Below, one piece after another: positions 26,504 to 35,249 of a DNA stretch of 64,000 bases. Each line of letters begins with the position of its first letter. The first letter of the stretch is position 1. The DNA comes from an uncultured Candidatus Saccharibacteria bacterium (GTDB lineage: Bacteria; Patescibacteriota; Saccharimonadia; Saccharimonadales; CAYUUR01), in the NCBI GenBank assembly GCA_964448075.1, contig CAYUUR010000003.1, forward strand, positions 5,610-69,609, read 5' to 3'. The notes under the pieces are model-generated. The model did no database searches. It saw only the letters and a program-made list of their open reading frames with translations, and had not been told where the DNA came from. The translations under genes were made by a program, and so were the position numbers.

Positions 26504-29500
26504 ATGGACGGAAAAAACACGTCGAATCCTTACGGTCCTACCTCTGTAATTGAGCCGAACAATATCGGTACGGTTCAAGACGTGCCGATACAGCCGCCGT
26601 CCCCAAGTGCTACCGAAATGTATACACAACCTGTTGTGAACGCGACGATTTCTGACGCTAAACTACCTCTTAATTCTCAAGTTGAGCAAATATCTTCCTC
26701 TTATGAATCGCTTGATGGTAGCCCAGAAGTCACTACATCTCTGGTGTCTGCACCGACAGTGCGTGGTAACCCTGCGCCGCTGACTGAATCCACTCCGTCG
26801 GGTGACGCTAGTCGGGCAAAGCCACCTGTCTTTCGCGACAAAGACACCAACAAGCTTTTATTCCGCCTGATCGCAGGAGCATCAGTCGTATTCTTTGTGT
26901 TATTTGGCGCCGGACTGATATCGAGTCGGTTATCTGATAATCGGCCGGTTGACCCAGTTGCCCAGTTAGAGGAGCAAGAGATCAGCGGTTTAACAGATCA
27001 GCAGTCTACGTTGGGTGTGCAAACCAGTGGGTCTACTTTGTTGGTCAACGGTAATGTCTTAGCGACTGACTCTCTGCAAGTCAGCTCGGATGGGGTTATT
27101 GGGTCGATTGTTTTGACCGAAGGGGCAGGCTCGCAGACTTACACGTTGCCGAACAGTTCCGGGGTATTTTGTCTTGATATTAACAACTGTAACTATCTGC
27201 AGGCTGATGACGTTACGACGACCAGTGTTGCAGGCGTAGATGGTGCTCTTTCGTTGGGTGCGGGGCTGACAATTAACGGTACAGAGATATCGAGTACCAT
27301 TACACAAACGATTCAGACGAGCGTGAATGGATCGGTAGGATCGATCGTCATACAGGGGACAACCAACCAGGTAGGCGTTTCCAGGGATGGCAACACTATC
27401 ACGCTTACATCACCCCAAGACATTGGCCTAGAAAGCTCGCCGACTTTCAGCAGCATTACACTCTCTGGTATTGGAACTCAGAACGGTAACGTACTCTGCG
27501 ATATCTCTAACAACTGTGGATACGCTGGCGGTACAGGAGCATACATTCAGGATGGGAATTCGTTTGGGGTAGCGGCAGTGCTTGGCACTAACGACAATTT
27601 CTCGCTCGCTTTTGAAACAAACGGAGTAACTCAAGCCACACTGGCTGTTGGTGGCGCATTTACTTTACAGAATAGTGTTGATTCGACGAGTGGATTCCGG
27701 GTCATGGATGCAGACGGCGGCAATCCAGTTCTGAATGTTGACACATCGAACGAGAGAGTTGGAATTGGTACGGCAGCACCGTCAGTTGAGCTCGACGTGG
27801 CAGGAGATACGGTTATATCAAATCGCTTACAAGTAGGGCCGACGGGCAACAGTATTGACCAGTGTACGACGGTGTTCTTTGGTGCAATAGGTTGCGACGT
27901 GGCAATTGATGTGGCAAATACAGCAACAGATCCAAATTTGGCTGTTTACGGAATATATAACAACACTACCATTAGTCCCACTGGTGCAAATATCGCTACT
28001 AATTACGGTTCTTCGAGTAACCTTCTCTTGAATGGGACGAATAATTTCACCGCAAGCAACATTGGGGTTAGCGGTGCGGCCGTGGTAGCAAGCACCGCCG
28101 GGACGGTCTCTCGCATTATCGGTGTGGATGCAACTGCTGCCATACTCACTACTACCAGTACCGCAACAGTTACCGATGCCATAGGTATGCAGACGGGAGT
28201 TGGGGTGTTTAGTACGGTAAGCGGTGGCACAATCACTACCGGTTATGGCTTGCAGGTTGCCTCTGCTTCAGTGTCTGGTGCTGGGGCGAGTATAGGCACA
28301 AACTACGGTATTTACGTGAACCCGCAAACTGCTGGTACAACAGACTATGGGGTGGCGATAGGTGCTGCAGATACGCAAACCCTTTGGTTGTCATCCAATG
28401 CCGATAATACTTCTGCATCAGCGGGCATTGCCTTTGGCTCGTCACGAGATACAAACCTCTATCGTTCTGCTGCCAATACTTTGAGGACAGATGATGCCTT
28501 AAGTGTCGGTGATGACATTACGGTAACTGGTGATATTCTGCCAAGTGCCGATGACACCTATGATCTTGGCTCAAACAGCAATCGCTGGCGTGATCTGTAT
28601 CTTGGCCCGGCTACGCTATCTATCGGTACCAGCGCAACGGATTATAAGATTAGTTATGATACTGGCAACAACGCGCTGCTCTTCAATAACGACCAAGATG
28701 ACCGCGATTTCCGGATTGCCGGTGATACTCAAGCCAATCTCCTCTATGTAGACGCTGGTAACAATCGCATTGGTATCGGCACAAGTACGCCAGGCTACGA
28801 ACTTGATGTCGTTGGCACCATCAACGCATCTACTGGAATTAACGTGAATGGAACGCAAGTTTGTACGGCATCTGGCTGTATAGCCGCACCCGGGTCGGGA
28901 AACTATATCCAGAACGGCACCTCTATCCAAACCAACACCAACTTTGCTATTCAATCAGCCGCCACCGGTTCAGTCGGCGCTGTCATCCGTGGTGCTTCTG
29001 GCCAAACAGCTGCGCTGCAGGAATGGCAGAACAGTAGCGGTACGGTTTTGGCCAGTGTTCTCGCGAACGGCACGGTTGCTCTCGGAACCACTAATGTCGG
29101 GGCACTGCTTAATCTAAGAAGTGCCACTACCCCAACCGGTACCCCGACGGAAGCGGCCGCAACTATTAGGTTGAACACTGTCTACACTGATCTGGGAAGC
29201 GGCAATAACTCGACTGGGGCAATTGAGTTCGGTAACAACACAGTGCGTATCTGGAGAAGCGATAACAATCTGCGTGTCTCTGCTTATGACGGGGTTACTA
29301 TTGATACAAATGCAAGCAGCCTGGCCGCAGTTTCTCTCAAGGTGAAGGCGGTTGCATCACAGAGTGGAGACCTCCAGCAGTGGCAGAACAGTAGCGGTAC
29401 GCGGCTTACATCTATAGAATCGACAGGTAGCTTGTATTCACCAACTGCACCGATCAAGCTTGGTTTCAATGTTGCACTTCAGGGCGAGCATAGTAGTGGC

Positions 29501-32500
29501 GGTGGTTTTGTCGATCTAATTAAACGTGGTGGCGGTAACTCAGTGGTTGTCGGGAACGGCACAGCTGATACAACAGTTAATGCGGTAACTTATTTAGATC
29601 TAGTAGTTGGTGGCGCTAACGGAGTAAGGTTGGGTAGCTATAATGTCAATAAATACGGCGCCATTGGTTATCTCGGCTCATCAAGCGCATTCTGGAACGC
29701 TCTCTGGCTACAACCGGTGAATGCCACTAGCGTAGCCGGAACGATACGGGCACAAGCATCGCAGTCCGCAAACCTGATGGAGTGGCAGAGTAGTGCTGGG
29801 ACTGTACTGACCGCAGTGGATGCGTCGGGTAACCTGCTCTTTGACTCGGGCAAGGGAATCTCTACAACGGCAGCCGATGGTAACTTATATATTGGCCAGT
29901 CAAGCCGAGCGGGCGGGACGGGCGGCAAAAACCGGTACTATGGCTCGGCATATTATGGCGGCTATGCTCATGAATTCTTTGGCGGTAGTGCTTCCAACAT
30001 GACGGGGGTGATGCTGGTTACTTCATCGCAGGCTTCAAAGATAGGTTTAACTGTCAAAGGTGCGGCCAGTCAGACAGGTAATCTGCAAGAGTGGCAGGAT
30101 AGTAGCGGTACGGTTCTCGCATACCTAAGTGCGAGCGGCAACCTAGCGATTAATCACACAGGCAACAACTACCTTACTATCAACTCTACAAACTCAGGTT
30201 CTGCTAACTTGCAATTAGGCACAGCAGGCACCGGGCCGCTCTTGCTATATGACCCGGTAGATACATCTTTGCAGTTCCAGATGAGCGGAGCGACACGAAT
30301 GCAGCTGACGCAAGCAGGTGTTCTGAAGCTGAACAACACGGGGCTAGACGATCGTTTGGAGTTTGTGAACAGCGGTATAAGTGCGGCTAATATAATTTGG
30401 GGGTCTGGTAGTACAACAGGTTACAGACTCGGCAAAGATGCGAGTGGTTACTTCCGGCTGGCTAATTCAAGCCTTGTTTCTACTCGGAATCTCTCTTTTA
30501 ACGGAGCAGATGGTCTGTTTGGTATCAACACGCAGTATCCAACAACAGCCGCCCTTGAAATCAATGTGCCATCGGCAGCTAACCTTGGTCTTATTGTCCG
30601 TGGGGCAGCCAGCCAAACTGCGAGCCTTCAAGAATGGCAGAACTCATCCGGCACAACCCTACTACGAGTAAACCAAAACGGAACGATCCAAAACATTACC
30701 GGTAATGCGAATGCGTTTCTATCAAGCACGACGCTTGGGCTTGCTGGCGGCGGCGGGATACAGGTGCAGAGTGGCAGTGACTTGAATCTGACCACGAGTG
30801 GTGTCGGGCAAATCGTGCTAACTACTGGGGGCTCAGCAAGATTCCGGGTTACAGATGGTGGAGTGGCTATGGTTGGGTCTTCTGGCACGGCCGGAACCGT
30901 AGAAAAATTCCGCGTTAATACACCAACAACAGTCGATAACTTAGCGGCCACAATACTTAGTACGGGCGCAACGACTTCAAAGGGTCTGGTTGTGCAAGGC
31001 GCTGCCTCCCAGACTGCCAACCTCCAAGAGTGGCAGGATAGCAGCGGTACCATTCTTACGAGGGTTAATGCTGATGGAAGTATTGCCCTTGGTGGTGTAA
31101 ATACAGCAAGCACAGGAGCCTTACGGCTTGCCAACAATACGTACATATACGCGAGAAATGCGGCAAACACTGGCAATAAGCAATTGCTAGGATATGATTC
31201 TGCTGACAATGTCGTACTCGGCGGGAGTGGAACGAGCGTTAATGTGTATATTATGAACGCTATAGGCAGTGGTATTGGTGTTTCAACAACCGCGATATCC
31301 TCTGGGCCTGGCAAAGGGATATATCAGACAGGCTCAGCCTTAGGCCTTTATCATTACAATGGTAATATTACCTTGACGCCTGGGGCTAGCTCAAGCTTTG
31401 CTAGTGTTTTGACTGCAGCACGCAGCGGTACGAATATCACCGTACAGACTGCGGCTACAACTGATATTGGCCTTGTGGTAAAGGGGACCGCGTCACAAAC
31501 GGCCAACCTCCAGGAATGGCAGGATAGCACCGGGTCCGTACTTGCGAGCGTTGGCGCGACGGGCAACATATCAATCACAAATGCCGATACTCCAGGGACT
31601 AGGATAATGCTCAATCAAACGAACCCGAATTTCCAGGCCTATTTACAAACCAATTATACTGGAAATAGCCAAGGATACCGTATCGGTCAGTCAAATAGTA
31701 CTGGACCAGAATTCTTCGTGCAGAGCACGCAAAGTAACAACTACTTTATCCGGGGTGGCTATAATAACATGGCAGTTGTGATTGGACCATCAGCTGATCA
31801 GAGGGCGGCAATAAGTGACTATGGCTCAAACAGCGCCGCGACGCTTATCGTTCAAGATTCAAGGGCATCCGTCGGTGCGACCAGGCTTGTTGTTCGTGCC
31901 GGAGCTGGGCAATCCACAACAAACCTCCAAGAGTGGCAGAACTCGGCTGGTACAGTCCTTACAAGCATTAGTGCAAACGGGATACTGAATGTATCAAGTT
32001 CAGCAAGTGGTACTGAGCATGATTTGGGTGTGAATCAAGGGGTAAGAATTGGTACCTTTGCAAGATTTGGCAGCGGGAGCGGTGGTGCTAGTGCTGGCGC
32101 CATCAGACTATTCAATAACACGTTTGTGAACTGGCGCAACGCGGCCAACTCTGCAGATATCGGTATTCGGGTAGATACGAACAATACCTTACAGCTTGGT
32201 GCGGCTGCGACGACACTCGATACCGTGGCGGATACGACTATTGGTACCAGTGGCACGACCCGCAAAGGTCTGGTTATTCAAGGCGTCGCTTCACAAACTG
32301 CCAGTCTTCAAGAGTGGCAAAGCTCAACCGGTACAGTGCTGGCAAGCATTGCAGCCGATGGCGACCTAGAGGTGGTTGACGCTACCGTGAACGGCAATCT
32401 CGTGGTTGATGGCACGGCGACATTTAACGGCAACATCACCGTCAATGGACACGTGATTACGGGGAATACGAGCGGCTCTACTACAGTTACAGTCAATACC

Positions 32501-32788
32501 ACAGGTGCGGGTACTGGTGCGTCAGCAAGTATCAGCGGTAATGATACGGCAGGTGTAATCACGATAAATACGGGTACTGGGGCGGCTGCCGGCACGCTGG
32601 CCACCGTTACCTTCGCCAATGCATTTGGTAGCGCACCAGAGGTCATCATTACACCGAAGTCGATCCCAGGTGGTGGCACATTCCCACAGTATCATTTTGA
32701 TAGCGCTACGACGACGTTTGATCTAAAGGCATTCAACGCGCTCACTGACAGCTCAACCTACACCTTCACGTACATGATCGTCGAGTAG
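26504..32788 (+). CDS. Giant (2094 aa) membrane-anchored, tail-fibre-like repeat protein; putative surface fibre or adhesin
   Basis: Single uninterrupted ORF. It opens with a P/S/T-rich N-terminus and one TM helix (26855-26926). A G/S/T/N/A-rich extracellular region of more than 1900 aa follows. That region carries C-x5-C loops, N-x-R-[VI]-G-I-G-T...LDV-x-G motifs, nine LQEWQ motifs and a distinct C-terminal domain. Confidence 0.85.
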   Translation: MDGKNTSNPYGPTSVIEPNNIGTVQDVPIQPPSPSATEMYTQPVVNATISDAKLPLNSQVEQISSSYESLDGSPEVTTSLVSAPTVRGNPAPLTESTPSGDASRAKPPVFRDKDTNKLLFRLIAGASVVFFVLFGAGLISSRLSDNRPVDPVAQLEEQEISGLTDQQSTLGVQTSGSTLLVNGNVLATDSLQVSSDGVIGSIVLTEGAGSQTYTLPNSSGVFCLDINNCNYLQADDVTTTSVAGVDGALSLGAGLTINGTEISSTITQTIQTSVNGSVGSIVIQGTTNQVGVSRDGNTITLTSPQDIGLESSPTFSSITLSGIGTQNGNVLCDISNNCGYAGGTGAYIQDGNSFGVAAVLGTNDNFSLAFETNGVTQATLAVGGAFTLQNSVDSTSGFRVMDADGGNPVLNVDTSNERVGIGTAAPSVELDVAGDTVISNRLQVGPTGNSIDQCTTVFFGAIGCDVAIDVANTATDPNLAVYGIYNNTTISPTGANIATNYGSSSNLLLNGTNNFTASNIGVSGAAVVASTAGTVSRIIGVDATAAILTTTSTATVTDAIGMQTGVGVFSTVSGGTITTGYGLQVASASVSGAGASIGTNYGIYVNPQTAGTTDYGVAIGAADTQTLWLSSNADNTSASAGIAFGSSRDTNLYRSAANTLRTDDALSVGDDITVTGDILPSADDTYDLGSNSNRWRDLYLGPATLSIGTSATDYKISYDTGNNALLFNNDQDDRDFRIAGDTQANLLYVDAGNNRIGIGTSTPGYELDVVGTINASTGINVNGTQVCTASGCIAAPGSGNYIQNGTSIQTNTNFAIQSAATGSVGAVIRGASGQTAALQEWQNSSGTVLASVLANGTVALGTTNVGALLNLRSATTPTGTPTEAAATIRLNTVYTDLGSGNNSTGAIEFGNNTVRIWRSDNNLRVSAYDGVTIDTNASSLAAVSLKVKAVASQSGDLQQWQNSSGTRLTSIESTGSLYSPTAPIKLGFNVALQGEHSSGGGFVDLIKRGGGNSVVVGNGTADTTVNAVTYLDLVVGGANGVRLGSYNVNKYGAIGYLGSSSAFWNALWLQPVNATSVAGTIRAQASQSANLMEWQSSAGTVLTAVDASGNLLFDSGKGISTTAADGNLYIGQSSRAGGTGGKNRYYGSAYYGGYAHEFFGGSASNMTGVMLVTSSQASKIGLTVKGAASQTGNLQEWQDSSGTVLAYLSASGNLAINHTGNNYLTINSTNSGSANLQLGTAGTGPLLLYDPVDTSLQFQMSGATRMQLTQAGVLKLNNTGLDDRLEFVNSGISAANIIWGSGSTTGYRLGKDASGYFRLANSSLVSTRNLSFNGADGLFGINTQYPTTAALEINVPSAANLGLIVRGAASQTASLQEWQNSSGTTLLRVNQNGTIQNITGNANAFLSSTTLGLAGGGGIQVQSGSDLNLTTSGVGQIVLTTGGSARFRVTDGGVAMVGSSGTAGTVEKFRVNTPTTVDNLAATILSTGATTSKGLVVQGAASQTANLQEWQDSSGTILTRVNADGSIALGGVNTASTGALRLANNTYIYARNAANTGNKQLLGYDSADNVVLGGSGTSVNVYIMNAIGSGIGVSTTAISSGPGKGIYQTGSALGLYHYNGNITLTPGASSSFASVLTAARSGTNITVQTAATTDIGLVVKGTASQTANLQEWQDSTGSVLASVGATGNISITNADTPGTRIMLNQTNPNFQAYLQTNYTGNSQGYRIGQSNSTGPEFFVQSTQSNNYFIRGGYNNMAVVIGPSADQRAAISDYGSNSAATLIVQDSRASVGATRLVVRAGAGQSTTNLQEWQNSAGTVLTSISANGILNVSSSASGTEHDLGVNQGVRIGTFARFGSGSGGASAGAIRLFNNTFVNWRNAANSADIGIRVDTNNTLQLGAAATTLDTVADTTIGTSGTTRKGLVIQGVASQTASLQEWQSSTGTVLASIAADGDLEVVDATVNGNLVVDGTATFNGNITVNGHVITGNTSGSTTVTVNTTGAGTGASASISGNDTAGVITINTGTGAAAGTLATVTFANAFGSAPEVIITPKSIPGGGTFPQYHFDSATTTFDLKAFNALTDSSTYTFTYMIVE
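28982..32374 (+). repeat. Nine dispersed in-frame copies of a ~33-35 aa conserved motif (consensus v-[vi]-[rkq]-G-a-A-S-Q-T-A-n-L-Q-E-W-Q-[nd]-S-s-G-T-v-L-a-s-v-x-a-x-G)
   Basis: Copies lie at 28982-29086, 29336-29437, 29741-29842, 30050-30151, 30593-30691, 30989-31093, 31475-31576, 31889-31993 and 32273-32374. Start-to-start spacing is irregular: 103 to 181 aa. Confidence 0.9.
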
Positions 32789-32853
32789 TTATTTACTGTT
32801 TAACAGATTAGTGTTAGGCTAAAGGGTATAAGCACGAGGGTAATAAACAGCTA

Positions 32854-33612
32854 ATGGGGCATATCATATCGGTCCTGAACCAAAAGGGTGGCGTGGGCAA
32901 AACAACCACGGCTATTAACGTGGCCGCGCAACTGGCTAAAACGGGGAAGAGTGTACTGCTGATTGACCTCGATCCGCAGGGTAATGCCACGAGTGGGCTG
33001 GGGTTTGATAAGCATGTGACAGAGAACGGTACCTATGAAGTGCTGCTCGGAACGCAAGATTTTGCGACATGCGTATTAGAAACACAAGTTGATAACTTAT
33101 ACCTCCTGCCAACCAACGAAAATCTTGCTGCGGCCGAGATTGAACTTGTTTCCGTGCTCGAGCGTGAACGCGCGTTGCAGCGAGCACTGGATGCCAGTGC
33201 CTACGACGTAATCCTGATTGACTGTCCGCCATCGCTCAGTTTGCTGACTATAAATGCTTTAACGGCTTCTAAATTTGTTTTGATACCAGTACAGTCTGAA
33301 TATTACGCTCTGGAAGGCCTGGGTCAATTACTTCAAGTCATCCAGCAAGTTCGCCAAGGATTGAATACACATTTGGAAATCCTAGGCGTAATACTAACGA
33401 TGTTTGATAGCCGAACTACATTGTCTGACCAAGTGAAGGAAGAAGTCAAAAAGCACTTCGGTGATAAAGTATTCAAAACTGTTATACCGCGTAATGTCCG
33501 TTTGGCTGAAGCGCCAAGTCATGGCAAGACAATATTCGAACACGACAAATGGTCAAAGGGCGCTCGAGCATACAAACAACTGACAAAAGAAATATTAGAA
33601 AGGGAACGATGA
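32854..33612 (+). CDS. parA: Chromosome partitioning ATPase ParA/Soj
   Basis: Deviant Walker A NQKGGVGKTTTAINVA; ParA-type DLDPQGN. Confidence 0.9.
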   Translation: MGHIISVLNQKGGVGKTTTAINVAAQLAKTGKSVLLIDLDPQGNATSGLGFDKHVTENGTYEVLLGTQDFATCVLETQVDNLYLLPTNENLAAAEIELVSVLERERALQRALDASAYDVILIDCPPSLSLLTINALTASKFVLIPVQSEYYALEGLGQLLQVIQQVRQGLNTHLEILGVILTMFDSRTTLSDQVKEEVKKHFGDKVFKTVIPRNVRLAEAPSHGKTIFEHDKWSKGARAYKQLTKEILERER

Positions 33613-34508
33613 TGGCAAACACAAATAGCAGCAAAAACAGCAAAAGCGGCAAGGGCGGGCTCGGGCGAGGCTTTGACTCGCTAATCCCGACAAACTTTGA
33701 CTCTTCTCTGTTAGTAGACGAGCAAGACCGAGTACAAAAATTACTCATTTCTGACATTTTGCCTAATGCTGGTCAGCCAAGACGTTCGTTTGACGACGCA
33801 CAGTTAAGTGAACTGGCGCATTCTATAAAAGAACACGGAATCCTGCAGCCCGTTGTTGTAAGGCAAATGCCTGACGGTACATATAGTATAGTTGCTGGCG
33901 AGCGTCGCTGGCGGGCCGCGCAAATTGCTGGGCTAGACCGGATTCCGGCAATCGTCAGAACCATGGAAGAGTTACAGCAGCTCGAGATCGCGCTTGTGGA
34001 AAACGTGCAACGTGTCGATCTGTCGCCACTAGAACAAGCATTGTCCATCCAGCGACTTCATGATCAATTCAGTATTGCCTACGCTGATATTGCGCAAAGA
34101 CTTGGAAAAGCTCTCGCTACCGTCACAAACATTGTGAGGTTACTACAGCTACCTGACGACGCACGTGAGGCTTTGGAACAAAAAAAGATCACTGAAGGCC
34201 ACGCTCGTGCGATCTTATCACTAAAAGATATGCCTGATAAACAAACTGAACTACTCCAGTTCATAGTGAAGAATAGATGGTCTGTTCGACAAGCTGAGCA
34301 ATTTGCTGTGGCTTGCAAAAACAGCCCCACATCAACGACTACAGCAAAACAGCAAACACAAAAAGTTACACCAGAAACACGGCAGCTTAGTAAGTACTTG
34401 GGCGTACCTGTAAGCATTCGCCGTACCGCAAAAGGCGGTAAGTTAGAGCTTGGATTTACCTCTGACGAAGAGCTAGAAAAGATACTCGATAGACTTAAGA
34501 AAGCCTGA
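33609..34508 (+). CDS. parB: Chromosome partitioning protein ParB/Spo0J
   Basis: GLGRGFDSLIP box, GERRWRAA arginine patch, HTH. ATG 33609 overlaps the parA stop (ATGATG); the ORF-track start at 33549 is rejected. Confidence 0.9.
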   Translation: MMANTNSSKNSKSGKGGLGRGFDSLIPTNFDSSLLVDEQDRVQKLLISDILPNAGQPRRSFDDAQLSELAHSIKEHGILQPVVVRQMPDGTYSIVAGERRWRAAQIAGLDRIPAIVRTMEELQQLEIALVENVQRVDLSPLEQALSIQRLHDQFSIAYADIAQRLGKALATVTNIVRLLQLPDDAREALEQKKITEGHARAILSLKDMPDKQTELLQFIVKNRWSVRQAEQFAVACKNSPTSTTTAKQQTQKVTPETRQLSKYLGVPVSIRRTAKGGKLELGFTSDEELEKILDRLKKA

Positions 34509-34522
34509 GTAGCAAGTTATTT

Positions 34523-35164
34523 TTAGAAGCGTTGAGCCTTATCAAACGGGAAGACGCGATATGTGAGGTGCCCGACAATATCTTGTGCTTTGACTGGTCC
34601 AAAACTGCGAGAATCAAGTGAGTTTGAGCGATTATCTCCGCTTACAAAAACTGCGTTATCCGGGACGGTCAGGTCGACATTGCCCTGCGTATCACCTATG
34701 ACAGCGCCGTATTCCATAGTCTTGTCGGGTTGAAAGCCATTAGGGTACTCAGTATTGAATACTGTGAGTGTGCCGTTTTTTACTACTACGCGTTCGCCAG
34801 GTAAAGCGATAACTCTTTTGATGAGTTGTTTGTCGCCACCGCCGAAGTCTTGCACGCTCTTGCGATGAAAAATAATGATCTCACCACGTTCAGGTATATA
34901 CGGATTGCCCGTTATCTTTGACCACGTTCGAGGTATCTTCGAAACAATTAGTCTATCCTGATTTTGCAGTGTTGTTTCCATGCTTGGTCCGTCAACTTGA
35001 TAAGACTGGAAGACAAATGCAGTTAAGATAAGTGCCGTCAGTGGTGCCAACACAAGAATAAACAGCAATGAAGCTATGTTTTTGGCGCCTTCGTGCTTAG
35101 GAGAAGCAACTTTATGATGGTGCACGGTTGGTTCAGATTGTTGTGTAGTTGTTTGATGATCCAT
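34523..35164 (-). CDS. lepB: Signal peptidase I
   Basis: TM anchor, catalytic-Ser box GPSMETTL, Lys box, GDNRSNSLDSR. Confidence 0.9.
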   Translation of the reverse strand: MDHQTTTQQSEPTVHHHKVASPKHEGAKNIASLLFILVLAPLTALILTAFVFQSYQVDGPSMETTLQNQDRLIVSKIPRTWSKITGNPYIPERGEIIIFHRKSVQDFGGGDKQLIKRVIALPGERVVVKNGTLTVFNTEYPNGFQPDKTMEYGAVIGDTQGNVDLTVPDNAVFVSGDNRSNSLDSRSFGPVKAQDIVGHLTYRVFPFDKAQRF

Positions 35165-35249
35165 TACAGCACTTAACTATACGTGAAATGAACAATAATG
35201 CACATGTTTACGCGGGCAAATGAAAAGGTTATACTAGAATCCACGTGTT

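Noticed and set aside
30628-31314. 228-aa antisense ORF, and the many other 60-120-aa antisense ORFs inside the giant gene
   Set aside because: These are shadow ORFs produced by the biased, repetitive Gly/Ser/Thr/Ala codon usage of the sense frame. They have no start signals, and their products are low-complexity mirror images of the sense repeats.
26504-32788. CRISPR array or mobile-element repeats as an explanation for the periodic repeats
   Set aside because: The repeats are in-frame, irregularly spaced (309-543 nt) and conserved at the protein level inside one long ORF. There are no spacer-like unique units of constant size and no cas, transposase or integrase genes anywhere in the window.
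32789-34600. parS centromere site near parAB
   Set aside because: I looked for the TGTTTCACGTGAAACA-type palindrome in and around parB and in the rest of the window. I found only unrelated TGTTTCAC fragments (2871, 39295). There is no supportable parS here.
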